Shown: one piece after another, positions 7,777-17,451 of the stretch
Position numbering within the stretch: the stretch's first letter is position 1
Layout: the number at the start of each line of letters is the position of its first letter
Assembly (NCBI GenBank): GCA_043797265.1
Contig: JAZDPV010000018.1
Span: 27,082-91,081, forward strand
Reading direction: 5' to 3'
DNA: 64,000 nt
Origin: an archaeon
GTDB lineage: Archaea > Nanobdellota > Nanobdellia > Pacearchaeales > GW2011-AR1
Notes under the pieces: model-generated
What the model saw: only the letters and a program-made list of their open reading frames with translations
Told to the model about the DNA's origin: nothing
Databases searched by the model: none
Program-made: the position numbers and the translations under genes

Positions 7777-8605
7777 GAAAAAAGTTGCGGGGGATGCAGA
7801 CGTCAAGGAGCAGTTGGAGGAGATGGTTGATGTGGTGGACGCCAAGGAGAAAGTGGAAGAGGAAAAGGTGTCGAAGGAATTTGACGAGAAGGCGAAGGTC
7901 GAGGAGAGGAGTGAATTTAAACGGGAGACGAAAGAGGAAAGATTTGCGAGAGAAGATTACGAGAAGTTGGAGAGATGGATACCGAGGACTGAGTTGGGGC
8001 GCAAGGTCAGGGCGGGGAAAATCAAGGATATTGACGAGATTTTGAAGGATGGGAAAAAAATTATGGAGTCGGAGATTGTTGATTTGCTGGTTCGTGGTTT
8101 GAAGGTGGACACTTTGTTTATCGGGCAGGCGAAGGGAAAGTTTGGCGGAGGGAAGAGACGGGCGTTCAGGCAGACGCAGAAGAAAACGAAGGAAGGAAAT
8201 GTTTTGACTTTTGGAGTGATGGCTGTTGTTGGCGATGAGCATGGGCACGTTGGGCTTGGTTATGGGCGAGCGTCTGAGACATTGCCGGCGAAGGAAAAAG
8301 CGATTAGGAAAGCGAAATTGAGTATTGTGAAAATTCCGAGGGGGTGTGCGAGTTATAATTGTTCGTGTGATGGGGAACATAGTATCCCCTTGGCCGTCGA
8401 GGGGAAATGCTCTTCAGTGGTTATTAAGTTGATGCCAGCGCCTCAGGGAACGGGGTTGGTTGTTGGGGACGAGATGAAAAAGATTTTGAGGATGGTCGGG
8501 ATAAAGGATGTCTATAGCCAGACCGAGGGAAAAATCAGGACGACGTTTAATGCGGCGAAAGCGTTGATGGTTGCGTTGAATAAATTGAATGAGGTGAGAA
8601 TATGA
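7769..8605 (+). CDS. rps5: 30S ribosomal protein S5
   Basis: WIPRTELGR, VVGDEHGHVGLG, PAPQGTGLV. Confidence 0.96.
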   Translation: MAKKKVAGDADVKEQLEEMVDVVDAKEKVEEEKVSKEFDEKAKVEERSEFKRETKEERFAREDYEKLERWIPRTELGRKVRAGKIKDIDEILKDGKKIMESEIVDLLVRGLKVDTLFIGQAKGKFGGGKRRAFRQTQKKTKEGNVLTFGVMAVVGDEHGHVGLGYGRASETLPAKEKAIRKAKLSIVKIPRGCASYNCSCDGEHSIPLAVEGKCSSVVIKLMPAPQGTGLVVGDEMKKILRMVGIKDVYSQTEGKIRTTFNAAKALMVALNKLNEVRI

Positions 8606-8679
8606 AAATCGTAGATTTTCATGGTGATAATCGTTTTGCGATTGGATGTATGACTTTGTCATGGGTGGTTGTGAGATGA
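8602..8679 (+). other. Bridging mini-ORF (25 aa) with three triloop hairpins between rps5 and rpl30
   Basis: ATGA overlaps at both ends; MKIVDFHGDNRFAIGCMTLSWVVVR*; ATGAAAATC-GTA-GATTTTCAT. Confidence 0.62.
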
Positions 8680-9017
8680 TATTGGTCGTGAGGATTGCGG
8701 GGCAGGCGAGGAAGAAGGCGAAGGATAGTGAGACCTTGAGGCGGTTGAGGTTGGGAAAGAAGTTTAGTTGTATTCTTGTCGACGAGAAAGATGATGTGAG
8801 GATAGGGATGGTGCGAGCGGTGGGATACATGGTTGCTTACGGGAAAGTTGAGGACGATTTTGTGAAAGAGTTGAAGAAGATGCGGAAAGACAAGGATGGG
8901 GTTTATTTTTTGCATCCGCCTCGAGGTGGGTTTAAGAAGAGTTCGAAAGTTGCGACGCCGAAGGGAATCCTTGGGAAAAATGAAGATATCACTAAATTAG
9001 TGGAGAGGATGTTATGA
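8676..9017 (+). CDS. rpl30: 50S ribosomal protein L30
   Basis: VVRIAG, TLRRLRL, LHPPRGGF, LVERML. Confidence 0.93.
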   Translation: MILVVRIAGQARKKAKDSETLRRLRLGKKFSCILVDEKDDVRIGMVRAVGYMVAYGKVEDDFVKELKKMRKDKDGVYFLHPPRGGFKKSSKVATPKGILGKNEDITKLVERML

Positions 9018-9118
9018 AAAAATCGGGGATTTTTTCGGGCGTTAGGTTGCTTCGCTTGTGGGTGTTGGGTCACTTCGCTTGTGGGAACTTGAGTAACATT
9101 GCGGGAGTATTAAGATGA
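9014..9118 (+). other. Bridging mini-ORF (34 aa) between rpl30 and rpl15
   Basis: ATGA overlaps at both ends; hairpin GAAAAAATC-GGG-GATTTTTTC; CTTCGCTTGTGGG twice with 23-bp period. Confidence 0.62.
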
Positions 9119-9564
9119 GAGTTCATAAGAGGAAGAAGTCATCGAGAATTCGTGGGGGAAAAACTTGCGGGTGGGGATTTAGGCAGAAGCACAAGGGGCA
9201 TGGGAATAAAGGTGGGACTGGAATGGCTGGGAGCGGGAAGAGGGCGGACCATAAAAAACAATCTGCGTTGATGTCTGATGAGAAAGGGCAGTATTTTGGG
9301 AAGCAGGGGGCGACGTCGCGAGGAACAAAAAAGAAAAAATATGAAAAAATTAATTTGTGCGATATTCGGGCTAACTTTGATGGGAATAAGATTGATTTGA
9401 GTAAGCATAAGATTCTTGGGAAGGGCGAAGGGTTTAAGGCGGAAATTTTGGCGAAGAGCGCGAGTGTGAGCGCGATTGAAAAGATGGAGAAGGCGGGTGG
9501 TCGAATTCTTATTGTGAATTCGAAGAAATCAGGTGTCAGAAATCAGGTGTCAGAGGAAAATTAA
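9115..9564 (+). CDS. rpl15: 50S ribosomal protein L15
   Basis: RGGKTCGWG...GGTGMAG, KILGKG, AIEKMEKAGG. Confidence 0.95.
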   Translation: MRVHKRKKSSRIRGGKTCGWGFRQKHKGHGNKGGTGMAGSGKRADHKKQSALMSDEKGQYFGKQGATSRGTKKKKYEKINLCDIRANFDGNKIDLSKHKILGKGEGFKAEILAKSASVSAIEKMEKAGGRILIVNSKKSGVRNQVSEEN

Positions 9565-9611
9565 AGTTAATTCTACAAAACTTTATAAAAGAATTTTATG
9601 TTCATTAAATC

Positions 9612-10988
9612 ATGGGCTTAAAATGGTTATTGCATAATTTGCCTGAGGTTCGGGCGCCGACGGAGAAGAAGGTTAGTTTTAATGTTAAATTGAAATGGAC
9701 ACTGGTTATTTTGGTTGGGTTTTTTGTTCTTTGCAATATTCCGTTGTTTGGCATTACAGAGAGTGCGTTGTCGCGGTTTGAGTATTTGGCGATTTTGTTG
9801 GGAACGGATTTTGGTTCGATTATTTCGCTGGGTATTGGGCCTATCGTCATGGCTTCGATTATTTTGCAATTGTTGAATGGAGCGGGGATTTTGAATATTG
9901 ATACGAATACCGACGAGGGCAAGAAGTTTTTTCAGGGGGTGCAGAAATTGCTGGTTTTTGCGTTTGTGATTTTTGAGTCGATGGTTTATGTTTTGATGAG
10001 AGGGATTGCGGCCGAACCGGGTTTTGCGGGGCTTGTTATTTTTCAATTGATTATCGGGGGGCTCTTGATTGTTTTTATGGACGAGGTTGTGCAGAAGTGG
10101 GGCTTTGGTTCGGGGGTTAGTTTGTTTATTGCGGCCGGGATTGGGTGGAGATTGTTTGCTCAGTTGTTCCAGTTTATCGGGCCGACTGGGGCGTTTGAGG
10201 CGACTGGTAAAGTTTTAGCGATTGTTGCCGCGATTATTTCTGGAGGGGCTGGGACGGGGACTGAGGTTTTGAGAAATTTATTTCCGATTATTGCTACTGC
10301 TGTTTTGTTTTTGGCGGTTGTGTTTGCGCAGAGTTTGAAGGTCGAGATTCCGCTGGCGTTTGACAGGATTCGCGGGCATTCGGTAAAGTGGCCGCTGCAA
10401 TTTTTTTATGCGGGGGTTATTCCGGTGATTTTGGTTTCGGCTTTGGTTGCTAATTTGCAGTTGTTTGCGTCGCTGTTGCAGAATTGGCTGGGGCACGCGA
10501 CTTTCCTCGGTGGATTTAGTTCGGGCGGGCAGGCAATTTCGGGTTTGTCTTTTTGGGTTCACTCTACTCCTATTTTGGAGACAATTATCACCGGGAGTTT
10601 TAGATGGATTTATGCCGGGCAGGCGGTGGTTCATATTTTGTTTTATACTTTGTTTTCGATTGTGTTTTCTTTCTTTTGGGTCGGGACTTCAGGGATGGAC
10701 GCGAGGAGTCAGGCGAACAAGATTGTTCATTCTGGGATGAGCATGCCGGGGTTTAGGAAGGACGAGAGAGTTTTGGAATCGATTTTGAAAAGGTATGTGA
10801 CGCCGTTGACAGTGATGGGTGGTGCGGCGATTGGGCTTTTGGCATCGGTGGCGAACTTGCTTGGGGCGTTAGTTGGCGGGACGGCGATTCTTTTGGCGAT
10901 TATGATTTTGTATCAGTTGTATCAGAACATCGCGCAGCAGCATGCGGTCGACATGAATCCGGCGCTCAAGGGTTTCTTTGGTGCTTGA
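9612..10988 (+). CDS. secY: Preprotein translocase SecY
   Basis: LGIGPIVMASIILQLL, KWGFGSGVSLFIAAG, PGFR; about 10 TM segments. Confidence 0.97.
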   Translation: MGLKWLLHNLPEVRAPTEKKVSFNVKLKWTLVILVGFFVLCNIPLFGITESALSRFEYLAILLGTDFGSIISLGIGPIVMASIILQLLNGAGILNIDTNTDEGKKFFQGVQKLLVFAFVIFESMVYVLMRGIAAEPGFAGLVIFQLIIGGLLIVFMDEVVQKWGFGSGVSLFIAAGIGWRLFAQLFQFIGPTGAFEATGKVLAIVAAIISGGAGTGTEVLRNLFPIIATAVLFLAVVFAQSLKVEIPLAFDRIRGHSVKWPLQFFYAGVIPVILVSALVANLQLFASLLQNWLGHATFLGGFSSGGQAISGLSFWVHSTPILETIITGSFRWIYAGQAVVHILFYTLFSIVFSFFWVGTSGMDARSQANKIVHSGMSMPGFRKDERVLESILKRYVTPLTVMGGAAIGLLASVANLLGALVGGTAILLAIMILYQLYQNIAQQHAVDMNPALKGFFGA

Positions 10989-10991
10989 GCG

Positions 10992-11026
10992 CAGTTGGTA
11001 GTGAGTAGTTTTTAGTTGGTAGTGTT
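10992..11026 (+). repeat. 5 x degenerate 7-bp repeat (YAGTNNN)
   Basis: CAGTTGG TAGTGAG TAGTTTT TAGTTGG TAGTGTT. Confidence 0.7.
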
Positions 11027-11108
11027 TAAAGATAAGGCAACTTTGTTGCCGATTTTTTTGACTTGGCTACTTGGATGAATTTATATATTTTGATTTGTTT
11101 TATTTTTT

Positions 11109-11474
11109 ATGTGGGATTATAAAAAACTTGATGTTTGGAAGAGGGCGATTGATTTGATTCCTGTTGTTTATGAGTTGACGAAGAAGTTCCCAAAGGAAGA
11201 GTTGTATGGACTTGTTTCTCAAATGAGGAGAGCGTTTGTTAGTGTTTCTGCGAATATAGCGGAAGGGTGTGGGAGAAGGACTGTTAAAGATTATGTTTCT
11301 TTTTTGTATAATGCTTTGGGGAGCGTGAAAGAAGTTGAGAGCGAGTTGTATGTTTGTGAAAAGTTGGGATATATTTCTGGGAATAAATTGGATGATTTAT
11401 TGAAAGAATTAGATGAGATTGGGAAAATGATTGTTGGTGTTATTAGTTATGTTTCTAGTAAAAATATTGAATAG
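11109..11474 (+). CDS. Four-helix-bundle protein (23S rRNA-IVP / Avd-like family)
   Basis: YKKLDVWKRA, FPKEELYGLVSQMRRA..SVSANIAEG.GR, ALGS..E. Confidence 0.9.
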   Translation: MWDYKKLDVWKRAIDLIPVVYELTKKFPKEELYGLVSQMRRAFVSVSANIAEGCGRRTVKDYVSFLYNALGSVKEVESELYVCEKLGYISGNKLDDLLKELDEIGKMIVGVISYVSSKNIE

Positions 11475-11508
11475 ACAAATTTAAAAAGAAATTTTTGTTG
11501 TTGATTGT

Positions 11509-11907
11509 ATGACATTGAGTGAGGTGATGATTGCGAGCCCGAGGGTTTCTATCGCCGTTGTTTCGGTGATTGTGACTTTTGTTTCGACGTTGGCGCATAA
11601 GTGGTTGACGAATCAGGAGCATATGAAAAGTTTGAAGGCGAGGCAGAAGGAGATTCAGAAGGAATTGAGGGGATGTAAGGATGTAAATATTATGAAAGAG
11701 TTGAACGCGGAGATGATGAAGTTGACTGGGGTGATGATGAAGTCGTCGTTTCGTCCGATGTTCGTGACGATAATTCCGTTTTTGATTTTGTTCGCGTGGT
11801 TGAGAAATATTTTCACGCCGACGATGAGCTCGATGTGGATTTGGTATTATCTTGGATTTTCAATAGTTGCTTCGATTATTTTAAGGAAGATTATGAGGGT
11901 TGCGTGA
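11509..11907 (+). CDS. DUF106 / EMC3-TMCO1 (Oxa1 superfamily) membrane protein
   Basis: TM-coiled coil-TM; MKSSFRPM..TIIP, WIWYY; usual position after secY. Confidence 0.85.
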   Translation: MTLSEVMIASPRVSIAVVSVIVTFVSTLAHKWLTNQEHMKSLKARQKEIQKELRGCKDVNIMKELNAEMMKLTGVMMKSSFRPMFVTIIPFLILFAWLRNIFTPTMSSMWIWYYLGFSIVASIILRKIMRVA

Positions 11908-12709
11908 TTTTTTTAATAAATTGTTTTGGGGTTAAGATTCCGAATTCGGAGATTACGCCTGTTAAATTTTTTAATTTTGTCTTGTCGAAGGCGGGATTGA
12001 TGACTTGAATTTTTTTGTTTCGTTTGTCCCAAACTTCTTTCGAAGAACGTTTTTCTATTTTGATTTTTCTTGTGAATTTTTGTGAGACGGCGCAAGTGTA
12101 TCTTGGGATATTGTGAAGTTTTGCGAGTTTAACTAAAGTGTTTGTTCCGATTTTATTTGCTAAATATTTTTTTGTTATTGCGTCGGCGCCGAAGAGAAAT
12201 AGGTCGCATTTTTTCAGGGATTGTTCGGCAGCGAGGTCGGGAGAAATTATTACTTTGATTTTTGCTTTGGCTAAATCTTTGGCTGTTTGCCGTCCTTGTA
12301 ATAATGGTTCGACTTCAGTTGTGTAGACGACGAAATTCTTTTTTTGTTTTTTCTTGGCGTATTTTAAAATGTCAATTACCGTCGATGAATGGCAGTGGGT
12401 GTAGATGTTCATGTTGTTTTTGATTAGTTGCGCTCCTTTTTTCGCGATTTTGTCGTGAGATTTTTTCAGGTCTGATAGAAATTTTTTTGCTGTCAGATGC
12501 GGGCGTTTTGATTTTAGAAGAAGTTTTATTGCGTTTTGCATTAGTGGTTCGGTCGGTCGTGTCCTGAGAATTTTTTTTGCGGATTGTTTTGTCGGAATTA
12601 GAAGGAAAGCTTTGATGCCAGCTTTGGCTACATTTTCGGCTCCTTGAATTTTTATTGATTTAATGTCGTCGAGAATTTTGTTGAATTGTTTTATCGGGGG
12701 CTTTTTCAT
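11891..12709 (-). CDS. Ribose-1,5-bisphosphate isomerase / eIF-2B alpha-like
   Basis: IQGA, RPTEP, THCHSSTV, GADAI, NKIGT, NPAFD. Confidence 0.85.
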   Translation of the reverse strand: MKKPPIKQFNKILDDIKSIKIQGAENVAKAGIKAFLLIPTKQSAKKILRTRPTEPLMQNAIKLLLKSKRPHLTAKKFLSDLKKSHDKIAKKGAQLIKNNMNIYTHCHSSTVIDILKYAKKKQKKNFVVYTTEVEPLLQGRQTAKDLAKAKIKVIISPDLAAEQSLKKCDLFLFGADAITKKYLANKIGTNTLVKLAKLHNIPRYTCAVSQKFTRKIKIEKRSSKEVWDKRNKKIQVINPAFDKTKLKNLTGVISEFGILTPKQFIKKITQPS

Positions 12710-12778
12710 TTAATATTAATTAATGTTGGTATAAATATTTAACCAATAATTTATATATGTCTTTGTTTTCTTGTTTGC

Positions 12779-13633
12779 ATGATTGAGATGTTGGTTAAGC
12801 CGAAGCGGGCCGAGAGGCGTCCGTGGGAAATGTTTTTTATCGGGATGTTTTATGCGTCGGTGGCTTTGCTTTTGGTGATGTTTGTTTTCGGGAAGGATTC
12901 TATTTTGAAAGAGGGGTCGGGTTTATTGATTGTGATTTTCACGGTGGTTTGTTGTCTGCCGTTTATGTATTATATTATTAAATTAGAAGAGGGGAAGGAT
13001 GTGGAGATTAGTGATTCGGGGCGGTTGATTAAAGAGCATTCGAAAGCTCTTTATGCGTTGATGTGGTTGTTCCTTGGATTTGTTATTGCGTTCGCGTTTT
13101 GGTATATTGTTTTGCCGGAGTCGGCGGGGCAGAATTTTAATTTTCAGATAAAAACTTTTTGCGCGATTAATAGTCCGTCGCATTATAATTATTGCTTAGA
13201 GCAGCACGGGATTCCTGTTGCGACTGGTGCAGCGACGGGGACTACTGCGATTTTGAATATTTTTTCTAATAATATTTATGTTTTGATTTTTACGATTTTG
13301 TTTTCGCTTGCATTTGGGGCTGGGGCGATTTTTATTTTGGTGTGGAATGCGTCGGTTATTGCGTCGGCTATTGGGATTTTTGCGAAAGAAAACTTAATGA
13401 GTTTACCGATTGGGGTTTTGAGATACATGATTCATGGGATTCCTGAGATTGGGGCATATTTTGTGGGAGCTTTGGCTGGGGGGATTATTTCCGTCGCTGT
13501 TATTCGGAGAGATTTGAAAGGGGAAGGGCTTTGGAGAATTCTGCAAGATTCATTGCTGATGATAATTATTGCGATTGGGATTTTGTTTGTGTCTGCTTTT
13601 GTTGAGGTTTATTTTACGCCGTTGTTGTTTTAG
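12779..13633 (+). CDS. SpoIIM (DUF95) family membrane protein
   Basis: IFSNN, ILVWNASVI, HGIPEI, SAFVEVY. Confidence 0.8.
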   Translation: MIEMLVKPKRAERRPWEMFFIGMFYASVALLLVMFVFGKDSILKEGSGLLIVIFTVVCCLPFMYYIIKLEEGKDVEISDSGRLIKEHSKALYALMWLFLGFVIAFAFWYIVLPESAGQNFNFQIKTFCAINSPSHYNYCLEQHGIPVATGAATGTTAILNIFSNNIYVLIFTILFSLAFGAGAIFILVWNASVIASAIGIFAKENLMSLPIGVLRYMIHGIPEIGAYFVGALAGGIISVAVIRRDLKGEGLWRILQDSLLMIIIAIGILFVSAFVEVYFTPLLF

Positions 13634-13676
13634 TTAATTTAGTTAATTTTTTAAGGGATGATTTGTAGATTAAATC

Positions 13677-14663
13677 ATGGAATATTTGTTTTTGATTTCA
13701 GTGTTGGTGAGTTTTTTGCTGACGATTTTGGTTTTGCCGAAGTGGATTAAGAAATGTCGCGCGATTGGGATGGTTTGGGAAGATATGAACAAGTTTGGGC
13801 ATCCGAAAAATGTTGCAGCGTCGGGTGGAGTTGTTGTGGTTATGGCGTTCGTGCTTGGGGTTTTGTTTTATCTTGCTTTGAAAACATTTGTTTTTAGCGG
13901 GACGATTAAAGCTTTGGAAATTTTTACTTTACTTAGTGTTGTTTTGATTTTGGGGTTTGTTGGATTGACTGATGATTTGCTGGGATGGAAAAATAAAGGG
14001 CTGTCCGTGAATATTCGGCTTTTGCTTGCGGTCGTCGCGTCGATTCCCCTGGTTGTTATTAATGCTGGGAGTCATCTCATGAATGTGCCGATTTTTGGGG
14101 CGGTTGAATTTGGGGTTTTGTATCCGTTGGTTTTAATCCCGTTGGCTGTGGTCGGCGCTTCCACGACTTATAATTTTTTGGCGGGATTTAACGGGCTTGA
14201 GGCGGGGCAGGGAATTTTGATTTTGGGGTTCTTGTCTTTTGTTGCTTATGCCACTGGGGCGGGCTGGCTTGCGGTCGTCGGACTTTGCATGGTTGGGGCG
14301 TTGATTGGATTTTATTGTTTTAACAAAACACCGGCTTCAGTTTTCCCGGGGGATATTATAACTTATGTGATTGGAGCGTTGATTGCGGGGATGGCTATTC
14401 TTGGGAATTTTGAGAAAGTTGCTTTTGTTGTTTTTATTCCGTATATTATCGAGGTTATTTTGAAACTTCGCGGTGGGCTGAGAAAGCAATCGTTTGGTGT
14501 GCCTATGAAAAATGGGAAGTTGAAATTGCCTTATGATAAAATTTATGGGCTTGAGCATTTGGCGATTTGGGTTTTGGGTTCTGGCGCGACGGAAAAGAAA
14601 GTTACTTACTTGATTCATGTGTTTCAGATTTTGTTCATCTTGATTGCGTTTTTGATGTTGTGA
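13677..14663 (+). CDS. UDP-GlcNAc:dolichol-phosphate GlcNAc-1-P transferase (AglH/GPT, MraY-like)
   Basis: EDMNK, GLTDD, NFLAGFNGLEAG, VFPGD; adjacent to aglB. Confidence 0.85.
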   Translation: MEYLFLISVLVSFLLTILVLPKWIKKCRAIGMVWEDMNKFGHPKNVAASGGVVVVMAFVLGVLFYLALKTFVFSGTIKALEIFTLLSVVLILGFVGLTDDLLGWKNKGLSVNIRLLLAVVASIPLVVINAGSHLMNVPIFGAVEFGVLYPLVLIPLAVVGASTTYNFLAGFNGLEAGQGILILGFLSFVAYATGAGWLAVVGLCMVGALIGFYCFNKTPASVFPGDIITYVIGALIAGMAILGNFEKVAFVVFIPYIIEVILKLRGGLRKQSFGVPMKNGKLKLPYDKIYGLEHLAIWVLGSGATEKKVTYLIHVFQILFILIAFLML

Positions 14664-14697
14664 GAATGTTTTTAAATGGGAATGGATATTTGAATTG

Positions 14698-17388
14698 ATG
14701 GAGTATAATGATATAAAAAAATTTGTTTTAGAAATTGTATCTAATAAAAAATATCAGTGGATAGCGACGGTAATTGTTTTTTTGATTGTATTATTTGTAA
14801 GTTCTTCTATTAGGACTTCAAACTGGGATTTACTAAATGATTCGACGACGGGAGAAAAAATTCCGATGGCGCTTGACCCGTTTTATTTTTTGAGGGTTGC
14901 TGAAACTATTGTTGAAAATAATGGAGCGCTACCGCAGTTTGATATGATGAGGGCTGGTGGCATTGGTGTAGAATGGTCTTCAGAAATAATGCCTCAGGTT
15001 GTTGTAGAATTATGGAAGATGTCTAGTATTTTTGGGGATTATACACTGAGGGAGGTTGATGTTTTTTCTCCTGTTTTATTTTTTGGGATTGGTTTGGTTT
15101 TATTTTTTATTTTGGTTTATGTTTTGACAAATTCTAAATTTGCGGGGGTTTTAGCGTCGACGTTTTTGGCTTTTGCTCCGGCTTATCTTTATAGAACTAT
15201 GGCTGGATTTGCGGACCATGATGTGATTGGGATGATTGGGTTTTTTGGAACATTATTGATTTTTAGTTTATCTATGAATTATTTAGATAAAATGAAGGAT
15301 AGAAATTTTATTGGAGTGGGAATTTATGGAGTTGTACTCGGGGCGTTAACTGCTCTTGTTATTGCAACATGGGGTGGTGCTACTACTTTTCTTTTTATAA
15401 TTATTCCTTTTGGATTTTTATTGTTTTGGATTGTCAAACTTAAAGATAAAAAAAGTGTAATTGGGGATGTTGGAATTTTATTTTATGTTTCTTGGGTTAT
15501 TTTTACTATTGTTTTTGCAATGTTGCTTGGTTATAATGCGATGAATGTTATTAATAGATTCATTAGTTCGACTGGAATTATTGGAGCTGCAACACTTGGG
15601 TTTATTGTTTTAGACAGAATTTTTATTGCCATTGAAGACAAGATTAAAACGAGAAAATATAATGAGAAATATCGAATATTATATGTACTGGGAATTTTAA
15701 TAATGGCTAGTTTTTTTGTGCTTCCATTGATAGGTAAGAATATTTTTGGTTTTTTGTGGGAAATTATAAATCGGTTACTCAATCCTTTTTGGGAGGCGTC
15801 GAGACTTGATATAACCGTTGCTGAGAATGCCCGAACTTATCTGACTAGTTGGATTGTAAATACTGGGAAGACCATGTTTTATTTGTTTCTTGCTGGGATT
15901 GTTTTTATAGGGATTGGATTTGTTAAAAATATTAAATCTATAAAGAATAAAATTTTGCTTTTATTTGGATTTTTGTTTATGGTTTCTGGAATATTGTTTA
16001 GCCAGATTTCTCCAAGTTCTGTTTTAAATGGAGCCAAGATTTTTGGCTTGAGTGGTTTATTTTATTTGGGTGGTTTTGGGATTTTTGCTTATTTATTTTT
16101 TAAGATATATTTCGAGGGTTGCGTTGATATTAATCCTATGATTATCGTTCTTTTTTCTTGGATGTTTGTAATGCTTGTTACTGGGAGGTCTACTGCTCGA
16201 ATGTTTTTTGTTATAGCGCCATTTGTATGTTTTTGTGCGGCATATTTTGTAATTATGATTTTTAGATATTCTCAATTAAAAAGTAAGGATGAGGTATGGA
16301 ATGTGTTGGTGATAGGACTTTTGATAATTTCTATTGTGGCCTCTTCGTTTGTTATTTATTCTTCTTATGGTTCTGCTTCTGAGCAGGCTAAGTATATGGG
16401 ACCTTCGGCGGATGAGCAATGGCAACGAGCAATGGCGTGGGTTCGGGAGAATACTTCAAAGGATAGTATTTTTGCGCATTGGTGGGATTATGGATATTGG
16501 GTTCAGACTCTTGGAGAAAGAGCGACGATTGCCGACGGGGGGCATGCTCAATCGCGATTTGATGGTAATCATAAAATAGGAAGATATGTTTTGACAACTC
16601 CATCTCCCGAGACCGCTCTTAGTTTTTTTAAGACTTTTAATATTGATTATTTTTTAATTGATTCTACTGATCTGGGGAAGTATCCCGCGTATTCTGCTAT
16701 TGGTGGAGGGAATGGGAGTGATGCGATGGACAGGTATGCGGTGATTCCTGTGATGTTGGCTGATGCGAAACAGACAAGGGAAACTGCTAATGGGACAATG
16801 ATTGTATATGGTGGGGGTTCTTATTTGTTTGAAGATATTGTTTATAATCAGAGTGGAAAAGATATATTCTTGCCCTCGGGAAAAGCAGCTCTTATTGCAA
16901 TTGTTATGGAGTTGAATGGTAATTCTTTGGGCCAGCCCGAAGCTGTTTATATTTATAATAATATTCAAACTCGAATCCCTGTTCGGTATGCTTATGTAAA
17001 TGATCAATTGATTGATTATGGGGATGGGCTTGATGTTGTGATAGATATAATTCCTGTGGTTGATGGAAGTGGGACAAATCGAATGGGTGCTGTGATTTAT
17101 TTATCTCAAAAGGTTTCGAAGAGTTTGTTTGCGCAGTTGTTTTTACTGGACGATGCGTTTGGAAATTATCCCACAATTAAAATTGCGCATACTGAGCCGA
17201 ACTTGGTTGTTACTGCCATGAAGGCTCAAGGAGTTGATGTTGGTGATTTTGTTTATTATCAAGGGTTTAGGGGCCCAATTAAGATTTGGGATGTTCGTAA
17301 TATTCCTGAAGAAATTAAAATTGTTGAAAAATTTAAGGAGCCGTTTAATGGAACGTTTGGGGCTTTGGATGGTATTGAATTTAAATAA
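14698..17388 (+). CDS. aglB: Oligosaccharyltransferase AglB (STT3)
   Basis: DPFY, RTMAGFADHD, TVAE, WWDYGYW, DLGK. Confidence 0.95.
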   Translation: MEYNDIKKFVLEIVSNKKYQWIATVIVFLIVLFVSSSIRTSNWDLLNDSTTGEKIPMALDPFYFLRVAETIVENNGALPQFDMMRAGGIGVEWSSEIMPQVVVELWKMSSIFGDYTLREVDVFSPVLFFGIGLVLFFILVYVLTNSKFAGVLASTFLAFAPAYLYRTMAGFADHDVIGMIGFFGTLLIFSLSMNYLDKMKDRNFIGVGIYGVVLGALTALVIATWGGATTFLFIIIPFGFLLFWIVKLKDKKSVIGDVGILFYVSWVIFTIVFAMLLGYNAMNVINRFISSTGIIGAATLGFIVLDRIFIAIEDKIKTRKYNEKYRILYVLGILIMASFFVLPLIGKNIFGFLWEIINRLLNPFWEASRLDITVAENARTYLTSWIVNTGKTMFYLFLAGIVFIGIGFVKNIKSIKNKILLLFGFLFMVSGILFSQISPSSVLNGAKIFGLSGLFYLGGFGIFAYLFFKIYFEGCVDINPMIIVLFSWMFVMLVTGRSTARMFFVIAPFVCFCAAYFVIMIFRYSQLKSKDEVWNVLVIGLLIISIVASSFVIYSSYGSASEQAKYMGPSADEQWQRAMAWVRENTSKDSIFAHWWDYGYWVQTLGERATIADGGHAQSRFDGNHKIGRYVLTTPSPETALSFFKTFNIDYFLIDSTDLGKYPAYSAIGGGNGSDAMDRYAVIPVMLADAKQTRETANGTMIVYGGGSYLFEDIVYNQSGKDIFLPSGKAALIAIVMELNGNSLGQPEAVYIYNNIQTRIPVRYAYVNDQLIDYGDGLDVVIDIIPVVDGSGTNRMGAVIYLSQKVSKSLFAQLFLLDDAFGNYPTIKIAHTEPNLVVTAMKAQGVDVGDFVYYQGFRGPIKIWDVRNIPEEIKIVEKFKEPFNGTFGALDGIEFK

Positions 17389-17451
17389 AATTGTATTTGG
17401 GACGTGGGCATGTTAAGAAAATTATAAAAGGTATGGTAGTTTGTAGTAAAA

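Noticed and set aside
180-8915. Long antisense ORFs over ribosomal genes (e.g. 180-962, 2869-3624, 7730-8380)
   Set aside because: Shadows of strongly biased sense-strand codons; no recognisable motifs
11109-11474. Diversity-generating retroelement
   Set aside because: Avd-like fold only; no reverse transcriptase or TR/VR pair seen in the window
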